DNA of 38,606 nucleotides from a virus, in UHGV virus genome UHGV-0211288. One strand, written 5' to 3'. The first letter of the stretch is position 1. Every line of letters starts with the position of its first letter. Below the pieces are notes generated by a model. It was not told where the DNA came from and did not search any database. It saw only the letters and a program-made list of their open reading frames with translations. Shown in pieces: positions 15,801 to 25,283 of the stretch. Position numbers and translations under genes: made by a program.

Positions 15801-17413
15801 ACTGTTGTCTCCAAAACATTTGCCTTGCTCAATGCGCTATTAGCTGTCGTTTGCACAGTAGCAAGAGTTTGCTTCTGCCCATCAACTGTGACTTCTAATT
15901 CATTTACCTTTTTGGTAGTAGCGTCCGACACAGTTTCTATGTCTGTCAAACGTCCAGTAAAACCACTCACTGTGTTTTCGAGTGATACTGTCTTACCCTC
16001 GACTTCTTGGGCTTTACTATACGCTTCATTTGCTTTCGAACTAATTGTAGTCACATTACCATTAATAGTAGCAACATCAGAGACAAGACTATTCACATCA
16101 ATTTGAATCGCATCAGCCTTGACTTTTGCTGCTTGAGCATCGCTAGATGCTTGTTCAGCAGCAGCTTGCGCTTGTTCACCAGCTTGCTTGGCCTGATCGA
16201 CTGATTCCTTAACAGCATCTGGATTGATAAATGGCACCCAATCGAAGCCATCCCAGTAATTCATGATGGTTTGTTCACCGTCTACCTGATACCAGATATC
16301 GCCTTTATTTGTAGCTGTAGGTCTATCCGGACCTTGAAAAACCTTGTTTTTGCCATCAGCAGAAATCCAAGCCTGATTTGCAGTACTTATTGCGTTTTCT
16401 AATCCAGCTTGAACTTCCTTACGGTATTCATTTTCTTGATTGATCTTCTTTTGAATAATATTGTCAGATCCACATGATACATCATGATCAATAATATTCC
16501 CTTCAGTATCATAACTTGTGGTATATGACATGATTCGAATTTTTTGTTCAAATCCAAGATCCTTATTAATTGCCATGATATAATCGCCCTCATGGGGTTG
16601 ATCATAATCATAACCAGCTTTCGTTAAATCTTCCATATCGATATCAACTGATATCCCATAAGAACTTTCCACATCATTTTTTAAACGATCAATAAAATTA
16701 CTTTCAACTTTATACCGTTCATCAACGATAGGATCGCCCTCAAGTTTTCCGTATAGCTCAGCAAGCGGACTCAAATACTCAACTATTAATCTCCCCTTAG
16801 ATTCATCATCGGGATCAAAAAAAGCACCATATCCTCTCAAATAGGTAATGAAAGAACCCGGATCCCTTTCTATCCTAAGCTCATTCAAATTGAATCCTTT
16901 TTTTACTATTGTTGAAAGATTTGTTCCAACCCTTTCAAGAATACGGACAATTTTCCCATTTACCGAAAACTCAACACCTGTAGAAGAAATAAAATCTTTG
17001 AATAAATCAAGGCGATTTTTCATTCCAAAACTTTCTTTTTCAAAAGATGGTATGGTTACTTCTAAGCGATATTCATAACCGCTACCATTGAAAATGAATT
17101 GCAGATAGGCATTAGCAGTATTTGAACCATTCATTTCGGAATAAATTACAGATTTTCTCAAATCAAAAAAGAATTCATGAACTGCATCAAACTCAACAAC
17201 AATACGATTACCTTCGTCAATAGGATTTACATAGGTTAAACAATAATTTTCCTCTTCAAACTGTAATCGCCATCCACGACCAATACCTTCTAAAATTTCA
17301 TCGTTTGTATAGATAGTACCGGATAAAGATTTTTCGCCATTCACGCCCTTTGTTTTCTGACACTCAACAATTGCAGCGTGTTGTTTACCGTATTCATCAA
17401 TAAAATTAATCAC
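12887..17413 (-). CDS. tail-associated lysin-like / receptor-binding tail fibre protein (Tal-type N-terminus, repeat-rich shaft, C-terminal intramolecular chaperone domain)
   Basis: 1508 aa immediately after Dit. The N-terminus looks like a siphovirus tail-tip endopeptidase. Tandem 28-aa repeats (QVEAT.DGVKTT..SV.TTA.SAL.KAT) form the shaft. The C-terminus YGFIADEFHEKGMTEVVFYDEKGQVEGLAYDRL...coiled coil resembles the S74-type autoproteolytic chaperone of fibres and tailspikes. Confidence 0.75.
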   Translation of the reverse strand: MINFIDEYGKQHAAIVECQKTKGVNGEKSLSGTIYTNDEILEGIGRGWRLQFEEENYCLTYVNPIDEGNRIVVEFDAVHEFFFDLRKSVIYSEMNGSNTANAYLQFIFNGSGYEYRLEVTIPSFEKESFGMKNRLDLFKDFISSTGVEFSVNGKIVRILERVGTNLSTIVKKGFNLNELRIERDPGSFITYLRGYGAFFDPDDESKGRLIVEYLSPLAELYGKLEGDPIVDERYKVESNFIDRLKNDVESSYGISVDIDMEDLTKAGYDYDQPHEGDYIMAINKDLGFEQKIRIMSYTTSYDTEGNIIDHDVSCGSDNIIQKKINQENEYRKEVQAGLENAISTANQAWISADGKNKVFQGPDRPTATNKGDIWYQVDGEQTIMNYWDGFDWVPFINPDAVKESVDQAKQAGEQAQAAAEQASSDAQAAKVKADAIQIDVNSLVSDVATINGNVTTISSKANEAYSKAQEVEGKTVSLENTVSGFTGRLTDIETVSDATTKKVNELEVTVDGQKQTLATVQTTANSALSKANVLETTVDGVKTTITSVQEDILNSDYSNIIPNSKGDSTKGYVVWGGGNFSTDGTQIAVIKGTATTSYGIQTDYLIADVEKDATYTLQLEVGSFYNTSVLDYCFLIYDDGQGNQKLPDIPVFSGSASFYTRSITFKPVRSGKVRVLLAVNLAATSASTGFRIKNLMMFKGESSIRAWQPAYSDMATLSKVNQVEATVDGVKTTVSSVKTTADSALAKATQVEATANGLRTTISSVETTANSALTKATQVEATASGIRQTVTEVQTELEKKKTNKDFITSNTASNNAKKWTKFARTILTRQYQDAAAGLDIIYNGDGGALPKPSTIYIRHKQQNAMGQPTLVEIALTETSEIKAEDLAAVITSLTTTETVVEYYIRNNIGYSVLNFAPFNEVSPDKISYFASQPFLDDLPAGVQATIYGKERGNLAGVTGVSSQITQLSDTINLKVSKGDVVNQINVSTESILIDGRKVHITGQTTIDNGVIKNAQIADLSVSTAKIANAAITDAKIGSLSATKITTGTLNAANVNIINLNANSITTGTISGTNLSINLATGEVIFNKGIIKNLDDTFQMNITTGVTASRGEYLSPNDTGNTLAAGYNLMNGKIEFYTGTFGEATVSYGGLTTETHSGQYKENGIWQAGMWSGNRPAIALKMANPNTSVWQSVHRAVLLSSTEYQEPFSSSFFTDATWLGYGDKSGADTKQNIRGAGIGVKQSGSDVNKDESGGLFSEAWVIARHGVYLASGYAYDSTISGRRYLAPTIRLGTTRVNSGATESIKQMASTATITAGYKIAMQSKYIDLWAGDSGEITLNAQRTDINGGGDSSLYGGISFGADSNGARVWSKSIYNKTYSSGPQVCVTSYGTLGRITSARKYKMNIQVANKIVADAKKILEINPVSWIDKFELSSGNVKGRYYGFIADEFHEKGMTEVVFYDEKGQVEGLAYDRLTMYHNVILSDHEREVQLLKQEVEQLKIRIQELEAA
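15013..15900 (-). repeat. in-frame tandem coding repeats within the tail fibre gene
   Basis: Repeated peptide units VEATVDGVKTT / VEATANGLRTT / VEATASGIRQT / VTVDGQKQTL / ETTVDGVKTT, visible as recurring DNA blocks. Approximate coordinates derived from protein positions. Confidence 0.4.
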
Positions 17414-17425
17414 TCAATCACCTCC

Positions 17426-18265
17426 CTACTTATAGAGTTCAACGAAATTGAGTAGTTGAATTGACCCTTTAAAATTTGTTGTCAAAGCGATTTTCCCACT
17501 TGCAGATGGTGTTAAAATAAAGTGCTCGTAATTCGTTTTATCACTGACATTCAACGAATTTAGTGTTGTTTCTATCCCTTTAATCATCAATACATCACCA
17601 CTTGCCATAGGTGTTACAGCATGATAGATAAATGTTCTATCCCCAACTTTTACAGTCACATCACCGTTTTGGATAGCATTCGACGTGAGCTTCATTATCC
17701 ATGGCCATTCTAATTGGCTACATTTTGCAGTTCCTGCGTAATCAATAGTTGATGAAACAGTAACTGATCTTGGAATAGTCTCCCCAAATGGAAGCTCTGC
17801 CGTTCTTCCTTCAAAGGAAAATTTCATTCTTAAACCTGCAGCCGATAATCCGACAAATGTATATGAAATTTCGTTTTCTACGATTATTTTGTATCGATAC
17901 TTATACGCTTGATGTGGAATAGCAAGTAAATTTAAATCGCTTGTTTTTTGACCAGGTAATTCAAAATCATACAGTCCAGCAGTAGGGAATAATTTGGTAA
18001 TATAAAAAGGCTCATCATTGCTGATAAGCCCATTTATCTGATCCTTCTTTTCTTCTAATTCATATGCGCTTTGAACAACGAAAGTTCCTGAAATAACGAT
18101 CCGTTTTTCTTTGTGTACTGCCCCGGAGAATATATATCCACTTCGGTTTGTTACTTCTCTTTTATTCGTGGTTATAGAAGGCGAGCTGTCCTGAAAATCT
18201 GTAACAAGTAAACCGATAGAGGAAAGTTTCGTTTCAACTCCATCTTTTGTGATCAAAGCATCCAT
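17426..18265 (-). CDS. distal tail protein (Dit)
   Basis: 279 aa ORF between TMP and Tal, the canonical Dit position in siphoviruses. Confidence 0.6.
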   Translation of the reverse strand: MDALITKDGVETKLSSIGLLVTDFQDSSPSITTNKREVTNRSGYIFSGAVHKEKRIVISGTFVVQSAYELEEKKDQINGLISNDEPFYITKLFPTAGLYDFELPGQKTSDLNLLAIPHQAYKYRYKIIVENEISYTFVGLSAAGLRMKFSFEGRTAELPFGETIPRSVTVSSTIDYAGTAKCSQLEWPWIMKLTSNAIQNGDVTVKVGDRTFIYHAVTPMASGDVLMIKGIETTLNSLNVSDKTNYEHFILTPSASGKIALTTNFKGSIQLLNFVELYK

Positions 18266-18277
18266 TGTCTTTCCCCC

Positions 18278-21200
18278 CTAGTTAAAATACTCATTTTTAT
18301 TTTGATCTCTCGCTTCTTTTCGTTTAACTGTCGTGTAAATCTTATCTCCAACAATTTCATTGTGAACATAGATTTCATCCTTTTTGAGTTCCGATTCTGC
18401 GATATCTCGATCCATTTCATCAGTCAAGGTACTGATATTTTTATTAGTGAAAGTAGTATCTCCAACCATCACTGCTTCTACTTGGTACTGCTGCGCTTTG
18501 ATTATAGAACCGAATTCATTAGCCTGCTTAGTTACGAATCCAAACATCGCTTGCATACCTAACCCAAGCCCTTTTCCTAACATTTCACCCATCCATGTAG
18601 TAATTCTTGAAGGAGAATGAATATCAAGTGCTCGTTGGAGCGTCCTTCGTACATTGTAAGCAATGCTATTTGCAACGCTATAAATATACCCCGATGAACT
18701 CGAAAGGCCACTAGCAAGACCAGCGCCTGCATAATACCCAATACTATTCATCTGATAGCGAAGACTTGAAAAAGCAGAAACAATTCTTGATGATGAGTTT
18801 CTCGCTGTAGACACCATTCGATTCATTCCAGTGTTGAATGTTGAAACCATTTGCGAAGTGCTACTACTAATCGACCGAGTTGCTTGACTCATAGACTGTG
18901 TACTTGCCTTGCTGACACTAGAAAAACCTTTATTTACTGTATTAGATACTCTTTGCATCGCACTTGAAGCAGTTCGTTCCATATTTTGCATAGATTGACC
19001 CACATTACGAGCCATTGAAGTGATCTCTTTTGTCGAATTCTGATTAATTCCAGAAGTGCTACTGTTTACATTATTTTGCATCGTATTCGCAGCACTTGTA
19101 GCGTTCTGTGTTGCTGTATTCATGTTGCTAGTAACGCTAGATTGTAGACTACCTAAAGAGCTTGTTACATCACTGGCCATCGCAGAATAGTCACTAGTCG
19201 TATTAGATTTTGCATTCTTAGCGGCTTTTGTTGCATCCACCGAAGCAATGCTGCTTAAATCTGATACTGAGTTTTGCATGCTAGACATTGATTTACTAAC
19301 GCTAGAGTTTGCTGTACTAAAACTGCTTGCGACTGATTGAGTAGCTGACTGTGTATCAGAATCCATTTCATCGCCTTTGGATTTTGATTTGCCGGTGATT
19401 GTATCCCACAAACTACCAAATCCATTCTTGATTCCATCCCATGCGCCTTTTAAAACTCCAGGGATAGCTTCTAGAACACCGCTCGCAAGAGATTTAACAA
19501 TATCCCAACCAGCAGCTAAAATACTAGGCAACATTTGAATGATAGTTGCTACCAATGACATGATAATTTGAATACCACTTGAAATGATATTAGGTAGATT
19601 TTGTACTATACCGCTAACTAAAGCTTGGATAATCTGAACCGCTGCTTGTAAGATCATTGGTAAATTTTGCACAATGAAATTACATAAGGCTTGAACGATT
19701 TGAACTGCACCGTTCAACAATTGAGGAATGTTAGCCATCAATCCATTGATTAAAGTCAAGATCGCATTCAAAGCTACTGGGAGTAACTGAGGTAACAATT
19801 GTGTTAATCCATTAATTAAACTTAATAGAATTTGAATACCGGTCTGAATAATCTGTGGTAGATTTGAAACAATATTTCCAACAAAAGCTTCTAGAATTTG
19901 TTGCACTGAACTAACGATTTGCGGAATATTTTCTACAATACCGTTGATTAAGCTTAGCAATAAATCCATACCCATCACTATCAATTGTGGCAATGCGCTT
20001 GCTAATGATGTCAGTATAGTTGTAATAATTGTCAAAGCTGAACTAATTAAAGAAGGTAGATTTTGAGCCACACCGCCAACTAACGATCCAATAACGTCTA
20101 CACCAGCTTGAACAATCAATGGCAACATTGTGGCAATCGTATTTGCTAATTTACTGATCAGCTGTGTACCGCTACTTATAAGTTGAGGTAATTGTGACGT
20201 AATCCCTTGAACAAATTTAGAAATTACTTCAGGACCTTTTGTCGTGACCATTTTTAACAAATCATCAATTTGAGATCCAAACTGATTATTTACTAATCCA
20301 AGTCCGGCGACAACAAGCCCTAAAATTGCTGCAGGTCCAACGGCTGCTAAGGCAACTTGCATGATCGTAGCCATTGCAGAAGTCATGCCGCCTAGCGCAC
20401 CCATTCCTACAGTAGCCGCAGAAGAAAGTCCACCACCGATTTTAGGAAACAGACCAACTAATCCGCTCACGTTTCCGGATACTAAACCGAAAGCTGAACT
20501 TAACGGACCAGATAAAATACCAGAAAAATTAATAAATCCTGTTGACAAAGTTTTTAGAACTGGCAAAGCGCTGTTTAGAGTTAATGCACCACCCAATAAT
20601 CCAGCTATTGGAAGAATCCCAGAGATTACACTCTGCATATTTTTCAAAGACTCGCTAGACATCTCAGTGCCATTGACAAAATGATCTAAGATTGGAATAA
20701 CACTATCAATTGCATTGTTAATCTTGTCCATATTGAAATCACCAATTTTATCGGTGATCTTACTAATGGCATCAATCCCAACTTGGGAAAGTTTATCAAA
20801 TGACGGTTGCAATTTATTTGTTAGAGTCTCTCGCAGACCATCCATTGCTTGCCCAACAGTTTTATACTCAGTCGCCATTTTGCTAAATGTGTCATTGGTT
20901 CCTACCTTCGTTATAGCATCAAAGAAATCTTGGGTCTTGATTGTACCGTCTTGAACAGCAGTGACCATTTCAGACGTTGACATTCCCATTTGTTTCGCAA
21001 CAGCAGCGATCCCGGCAGGTGTTTGTTCTAACATTAACTTAAAGTCTTGCCATTGAACCATTGGCTTCGCAGCCATTTGAGTAGCTTGTTGACTTAAAGT
21101 CGTCATAGCTTGCGTTGGATTTTCAGCGGCTGCTGCCAAACCACCAAATCCCATTACCAATTTATCCGTGTTTTTAATACCAACTGCAGCCAACTGACTA

Positions 21201-21961
21201 TATGTCGTAGCCATTTCGGAAGCTGAATAGATTGTTTGAGTTGCGAAGTCTTGTAATTCTTTTTTTACACTAGCAATTTCCTTTTTCCCCATGCCAATGT
21301 TTTCCATATTGGCATTGAACGTTTTCCACGTTGCAGACCCTTCATTGAGATCTCCAACTAATCCTGTAATAGCACCCGAGATCATTGATATTCCCTTTTG
21401 TGCTATTGCATAGGCTGCACCAATTCTAGCAACTTTTTTGATTAATCCGCTAGTGGCATCTGTTACATCATTTGTTTTAGATCCCATTTTGCTTAGTGCA
21501 GATGCTGCTTTCGTTCCAGCTTTGTTGAAAGCATTAGTTAACCCACTACCAACCTTGGTACCAATTGAGGTTGTAGTTTTCACTATCCCATTCAAGCCTT
21601 TTGCAACTAGGCTCGAAGTTTCGCTTGCAGCTTTTGAGACAACTCCAAAGCCTTTTTTTATGGGCTGAGGAATTTTTTCACCGATAGATGCGATTACTCG
21701 TTGAATTTGACCCCCTGCAGCACTAAAAGGAGCAACCATGCTTGTTTTTAATCCGTTTAATTTTGAAGGAATAGTAGAGCTTAATTGTCCCATAATACTT
21801 CCAACCCTTGAAACAATGCTATTTGTACTATTAGTCATGCTAGACTGCACTTTACTCATTGCCGAAGTAGTGCTACTAACGACCTCTGACATTGCCTTTT
21901 TATAGTCTCCAGTATCTGCTCCAATCAAAGCCTTAATGGATCCGGTAATGCTTCCTGACAT
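18278..21961 (-). CDS. tail tape measure protein
   Basis: 1227 aa, Ala/Gly/Ser/Thr-rich with long helical repeats and hydrophobic segments. Directly follows the G/G-T chaperone pair. RBS AGGAGGTGA upstream. Confidence 0.85.
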   Translation of the reverse strand: MSGSITGSIKALIGADTGDYKKAMSEVVSSTTSAMSKVQSSMTNSTNSIVSRVGSIMGQLSSTIPSKLNGLKTSMVAPFSAAGGQIQRVIASIGEKIPQPIKKGFGVVSKAASETSSLVAKGLNGIVKTTTSIGTKVGSGLTNAFNKAGTKAASALSKMGSKTNDVTDATSGLIKKVARIGAAYAIAQKGISMISGAITGLVGDLNEGSATWKTFNANMENIGMGKKEIASVKKELQDFATQTIYSASEMATTYSQLAAVGIKNTDKLVMGFGGLAAAAENPTQAMTTLSQQATQMAAKPMVQWQDFKLMLEQTPAGIAAVAKQMGMSTSEMVTAVQDGTIKTQDFFDAITKVGTNDTFSKMATEYKTVGQAMDGLRETLTNKLQPSFDKLSQVGIDAISKITDKIGDFNMDKINNAIDSVIPILDHFVNGTEMSSESLKNMQSVISGILPIAGLLGGALTLNSALPVLKTLSTGFINFSGILSGPLSSAFGLVSGNVSGLVGLFPKIGGGLSSAATVGMGALGGMTSAMATIMQVALAAVGPAAILGLVVAGLGLVNNQFGSQIDDLLKMVTTKGPEVISKFVQGITSQLPQLISSGTQLISKLANTIATMLPLIVQAGVDVIGSLVGGVAQNLPSLISSALTIITTILTSLASALPQLIVMGMDLLLSLINGIVENIPQIVSSVQQILEAFVGNIVSNLPQIIQTGIQILLSLINGLTQLLPQLLPVALNAILTLINGLMANIPQLLNGAVQIVQALCNFIVQNLPMILQAAVQIIQALVSGIVQNLPNIISSGIQIIMSLVATIIQMLPSILAAGWDIVKSLASGVLEAIPGVLKGAWDGIKNGFGSLWDTITGKSKSKGDEMDSDTQSATQSVASSFSTANSSVSKSMSSMQNSVSDLSSIASVDATKAAKNAKSNTTSDYSAMASDVTSSLGSLQSSVTSNMNTATQNATSAANTMQNNVNSSTSGINQNSTKEITSMARNVGQSMQNMERTASSAMQRVSNTVNKGFSSVSKASTQSMSQATRSISSSTSQMVSTFNTGMNRMVSTARNSSSRIVSAFSSLRYQMNSIGYYAGAGLASGLSSSSGYIYSVANSIAYNVRRTLQRALDIHSPSRITTWMGEMLGKGLGLGMQAMFGFVTKQANEFGSIIKAQQYQVEAVMVGDTTFTNKNISTLTDEMDRDIAESELKKDEIYVHNEIVGDKIYTTVKRKEARDQNKNEYFN

Positions 21962-21966
21962 CTATC

Positions 21967-22449
21967 TCACCTCCTATTTCTAAAGTGTTCCAAAGCTTTC
22001 AAAGCTTTATCCAAGCGCTTGTTACCTTTTTTCGTTTGTTTAGCATTTCGATCAAATGCTTTCTTAATTCGATTTTCTGCTGATTTTTTATTAATAATTT
22101 TTTTCATTTGTGGCTTTTTAGCATTTAAGATATAGCGCAAATTAAATCCAAAAATAGCATTTTGTTCCTGTTTGTCTAATTCACGCAAACTCAAGCCTTC
22201 AAGAATTGCTTCAAGTTCCCATAAGTAACAATTCATAATCAAATCAATATCAGTTAAACCATACCTTGCACAGTTGACTATGAGATCTCTTTCGTGATTC
22301 TTTCCGCTAATTTCTTCAACTCGTCCGCTTGAAGCTTCGACTCTTCCGTTTCTCGAGCCGCTATAACTTTGTGAGCTTTCTCCAGATTCTCCTTGTATTT
22401 GCGGATCTTGCTCACGAAAAAACCTGATGCTAACATTTCTTCTTTCAGA
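21967..22449 (-). CDS. T-frame of the tail assembly chaperone, expressed as a G-T fusion by -1 frameshift
   Basis: The -1 frame relative to G is open from 22449 to the stop at 21967, overlapping the last ~57 codons of G (hand translation). The track shows only the 91-aa part after an internal TTG. Confidence 0.5.
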   Translation of the reverse strand, partial: SERRNVSIRFFREQDPQIQGESGESSQSYSGSRNGRVEASSGRVEEISGKNHERDLIVNCARYGLTDIDLIMNCYLWELEAILEGLSLRELDKQEQNAIFGFNLRYILNAKKPQMKKIINKKSAENRIKKAFDRNAKQTKKGNKRLDKALKALEHFRNRR

Positions 22450-22751
22450 TCAGCAAAAATTTGATTATAGGCTTCCTCTTCACCCATTCCGCTATTAACA
22501 AGATTGTCTGTATAATTTTGTACAGCTTCTAAAACATCATTTTCGGTAAAATTCTTATCGACAAGTTGTAACAAGTTGACTAAAGCATCATCTTCTTTCT
22601 CTAGAACTTGAACAAAAAGAATCCCGGCACCATCGTTTTGAGAATTTCCATCCGCATCTTTTGATGCTAATTTTTTGTTAGCCTTAAAATTTAAAGCGTA
22701 GTTGAATTTGATATTGCAATCTTTGTTTTTTACTTTGATATCAAAAGACAT
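22278..22751 (-). CDS. tail assembly chaperone G (157 aa)
   Basis: Acidic protein between the major tail protein region and TMP. Contains the slippery heptamer T_TTT_TTC in frame. Confidence 0.65.
   Translation of the reverse strand: MSFDIKVKNKDCNIKFNYALNFKANKKLASKDADGNSQNDGAGILFVQVLEKEDDALVNLLQLVDKNFTENDVLEAVQNYTDNLVNSGMGEEEAYNQIFADLKEEMLASGFFVSKIRKYKENLEKAHKVIAARETEESKLQADELKKLAERITKEIS
22416..22422 (-). other. programmed -1 ribosomal frameshift slippery site U UUU UUC (codons GGU UUU UUC of G)
   Basis: Seen directly: plus-strand GAAAAAA at 22416-22422. The heptamer is in X_XXY_YYZ register in the G frame, and the -1 frame is open downstream to 21967. Confidence 0.5.
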
Positions 22752-22784
22752 TTAACCATTCCTCCTAAATAAGAAAGAGCCAGT

Positions 22785-23660
22785 CTAACGACTAACTCTT
22801 TTAATTGCTTCCACATATTTTGCTGACGCTTTTCTTTTATTAACAAAAGATAGATCATCTTCAAATGGTGATGTATCAACGTACTTGCCTTTAAAGAATA
22901 GATCGCGATCTTTTTCGGTTACTCCTGCATTATGAAGAATTTTTACTTGTTTACATTTCTCAATTGAATCCGTAGAAAAGCAAAAAGATAATTCTTCGTG
23001 GATTTTAGGTCCAACATTGAAATACATCATATTCCAAAGTTGCGCCCACATTTCAGCAGTCCATTTTTGAATGTTGCTATTCACTTTTTTAAAGTATTGA
23101 TAAAGACGATTTGAATCGAAATAAACTTTTTTCCAATACTCCGCTCTAGGATTCTTTATAACCCACTGTGCACCACCAGAATTAAAATTAATAGTTTCCA
23201 ACGATTCCACTGAAACATTTACGATCTCAGCCATACCTTTCAAAATAGATTCTCCATTTTCACAACTGCGAATATAATCAAGATTTAGGTAGTGGTTGCA
23301 ATCACTGCAATACCAAACATCTTCTTTTGAAGTCATTTTACGCAAATCAATCTTTTGATTGAAAATGACATCCGAATCAATATAAACATACCGCTCTTTT
23401 TCACGTTTAGGATCTTCTTTCAGGTATTGCCACCACAGATAAGGCTTGATAGAAGGAACATATCCTTTATCCTCTCTATCATCTCTATATACGTGAACCT
23501 CAACATTGTATTTATCAGCTAAATAAGCAGGAATTGTTGAATCATGTTCGCTAAAAAGCAATACAATATCATTGATTCCTAATGATCTCAAGTTGGTCAA
23601 ACAAACTTCTAGCTCCCACTTAAAACGCTTGATAGCAGGCTGACAAAGAATATATTTCAT
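22785..23660 (-). CDS. putative nucleotide-sugar glycosyltransferase (DxD motif) embedded in the tail module
   Basis: 291 aa from the ATG at 23660 (RBS AGGTGAG). Contains YIDSDVIF (hydrophobic-DxD). Starts 10 nt after the major tail protein stop. No structural-protein features. The track start at 23669 is GTG. Confidence 0.4.
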   Translation of the reverse strand: MKYILCQPAIKRFKWELEVCLTNLRSLGINDIVLLFSEHDSTIPAYLADKYNVEVHVYRDDREDKGYVPSIKPYLWWQYLKEDPKREKERYVYIDSDVIFNQKIDLRKMTSKEDVWYCSDCNHYLNLDYIRSCENGESILKGMAEIVNVSVESLETINFNSGGAQWVIKNPRAEYWKKVYFDSNRLYQYFKKVNSNIQKWTAEMWAQLWNMMYFNVGPKIHEELSFCFSTDSIEKCKQVKILHNAGVTEKDRDLFFKGKYVDTSPFEDDLSFVNKRKASAKYVEAIKRVSR

Positions 23661-23669
23661 TTTTCTCAC

Positions 23670-24293
23670 CTACTCCTGCGTCGTCGTTGTGGTGGTAGTT
23701 GCTTGTGTTGTTGTCGTAGTCGTTTGAATGTTACCGTAATCCCCAGTTGTTTCACCAGGATTTTGGTAATCATATAAAGCTTCAATAGCAGCAATATCTT
23801 CATCAGACAACGGAAACTTCCCTTCCTGCAGCTTTCCAATGATATTTAAGGTATAGGAAGCTTCAACAAGATCATCGCCATCCTGAATTTCTACATCATC
23901 TGGCATACCATACCCAAATTCTGCCGGATACAATTTATAATCTTTACCAGACACTTCTTCAGCCGCATCTTCATCTATTTCAACGCGCCATACCTTTACT
24001 GAAGTACCATTCTTCTTGGCATCCTTTACAACTTTAATTGCTTCGTCTTTTGACATATAATACTGCGTTAAATCGATTGAATGTTCATCAGTAGATTTGA
24101 TAATGATACGTCCCATTTTGGTTTGTTCATCAATATTTTCACCACCGTAAGTTACTCCACCTTCAGTTTGCCAAGCTGGCAATAGTCCTGGAGAACCAAT
24201 TTCTGCTTTAACAGACTGGATAAAATACCAAACTTTCTTTGCAGTCAATGGTTTACCAGAAAATTTTTTAACGCCATTGTTCACATCTGCCAT
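23670..24293 (-). CDS. major tail protein with Thr-rich C-terminal extension
   Basis: 207 aa in the canonical position. The C-terminus ends ...NIQTTTTTTQATTTTTTTQE. Confidence 0.75.
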   Translation of the reverse strand: MADVNNGVKKFSGKPLTAKKVWYFIQSVKAEIGSPGLLPAWQTEGGVTYGGENIDEQTKMGRIIIKSTDEHSIDLTQYYMSKDEAIKVVKDAKKNGTSVKVWRVEIDEDAAEEVSGKDYKLYPAEFGYGMPDDVEIQDGDDLVEASYTLNIIGKLQEGKFPLSDEDIAAIEALYDYQNPGETTGDYGNIQTTTTTTQATTTTTTTQE

Positions 24294-24305
24294 TGTTTAT
24301 TCCTC

Positions 24306-24656
24306 CTAAATAATTAATTCATTTGTTCTAAATACAACATGATAGACTTCTCTACCAATTGAATTATCAATCATCACTTGATGAGTAATTCGTTTATTTA
24401 ACGCAACTTTTGTTTTAAATATTGCTTCTTCTAAGCTAGTCCGGCTATCAATTGGATAGTACAAGTCAATTTGTAGACTTGTATCAACAATGGCTGGTCC
24501 GAACTTAGCACTTTGTGAATCATCCCCAGAGTGTGTACCTATCACATAAAAAGGCTCCTTGACACTTTCATCAGGAAGTTTGAATTCTACCGATATTCCA
24601 GTAGTCGATAACTTATCAGAAAGCTTTTTGAGATATTCTGTCATTGGAGAGTACAC
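24306..24656 (-). CDS. tail terminator / tail completion protein (putative)
   Basis: 116-aa ORF directly upstream of the major tail protein gene; call is positional. Confidence 0.45.
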   Translation of the reverse strand: MYSPMTEYLKKLSDKLSTTGISVEFKLPDESVKEPFYVIGTHSGDDSQSAKFGPAIVDTSLQIDLYYPIDSRTSLEEAIFKTKVALNKRITHQVMIDNSIGREVYHVVFRTNELII

Positions 24657-24660
24657 ATAA

Positions 24661-25005
24661 TCATCCCCTTACTAATTTGGTAAGCCGCTTTTGAAGTATC
24701 GGCCAATCTGCTTTTAGTGCAGGAAATAAGAAAGGCTGTGCAAACATGAATCGTGTACCCATCTCTACAAAAATAGAATACTCGGCTGGAGAAATAACTT
24801 CCGCTTGCATCAATCCAACGACGCTAGCATAGATATTATTCGACATCCATCCGGTATCCCAAGGAGCCATTTTCTTACTCCCCTTTTCTACACGCAAACT
24901 AGACAGCTTAATTTCTTGGTCAATTGCTTTCTCTAATTGTGGTGCTTTTCGTTGTACGTTTCGGACGAATTGCTTCATACCTTTTATTCTGACGCTCTTA
25001 CTCAT
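24661..25005 (-). CDS. neck/tail component (HK97 gp10-like, putative)
   Basis: 114-aa ORF; call is positional within the head-tail joining cluster. Confidence 0.4.
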   Translation of the reverse strand: MSKSVRIKGMKQFVRNVQRKAPQLEKAIDQEIKLSSLRVEKGSKKMAPWDTGWMSNNIYASVVGLMQAEVISPAEYSIFVEMGTRFMFAQPFLFPALKADWPILQKRLTKLVRG

Positions 25006-25283
25006 GTGAGAATCACCACCGTTGAATTACGATGCCACTTAGTTGAATAAACAGATCGCTCCAGACCGTCATATTCAATTTTAGAAAATCCTTTGTGGAT
25101 TCCTTGAATATGCAATTTGAACGCCTTCTGATTGTACTTTCCGAAAATCCCGATTTGCTCATTACTTGATAACCCAGTTTTGCCACAAGGTTCAATCGTT
25201 TCCTTTTCCTCGATGGTATCTTCGCCAAGGTAGCCAGGGACTTTTTTCTCAAAGGTTATCTTGACACGATCATTGTAATTCAA
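25002..25283 (-). CDS. head closure / head-tail adaptor protein (putative)
   Basis: 93-aa ORF; call is positional. Overlapping start/stop codons with neighbours. Confidence 0.45.
   Translation of the reverse strand: MNYNDRVKITFEKKVPGYLGEDTIEEKETIEPCGKTGLSSNEQIGIFGKYNQKAFKLHIQGIHKGFSKIEYDGLERSVYSTKWHRNSTVVILT

Noticed and set aside
15013-15900. Tandem repeats that might have been a CRISPR array or a DGR variable region
   Set aside because: The repeats are in-frame coding repeats of the tail fibre shaft with no spacer/repeat regularity. No cas genes and no reverse transcriptase anywhere in the window.
18302-21668. Plus-strand ORFs of 60-107 aa inside the tape measure gene (e.g. 18302-18562, 20361-20684, 21438-21668), and similar antisense ORFs inside the tail fibre, terL and portal genes
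   Set aside because: They lie antisense within long, well-supported genes, have no RBS, and show the low-complexity composition expected of reverse-frame translation. Treated as spurious.
22785-23660. Interpretation of the 291-aa protein as a tail structural protein such as a tail-tube accessory or Ig-domain decoration
   Set aside because: The DxD motif and the absence of structural-protein features seem more consistent with an enzyme. This is motif-level only and is flagged as a hypothesis rather than a confident call.
25013-25252. 79-aa alternative-frame ORF overlapping the head closure gene; also 28449-28691 inside the minor head gene
   Set aside because: Same strand but a different frame, entirely within a better-supported ORF that has proper coupling to its neighbours. 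No independent RBS.
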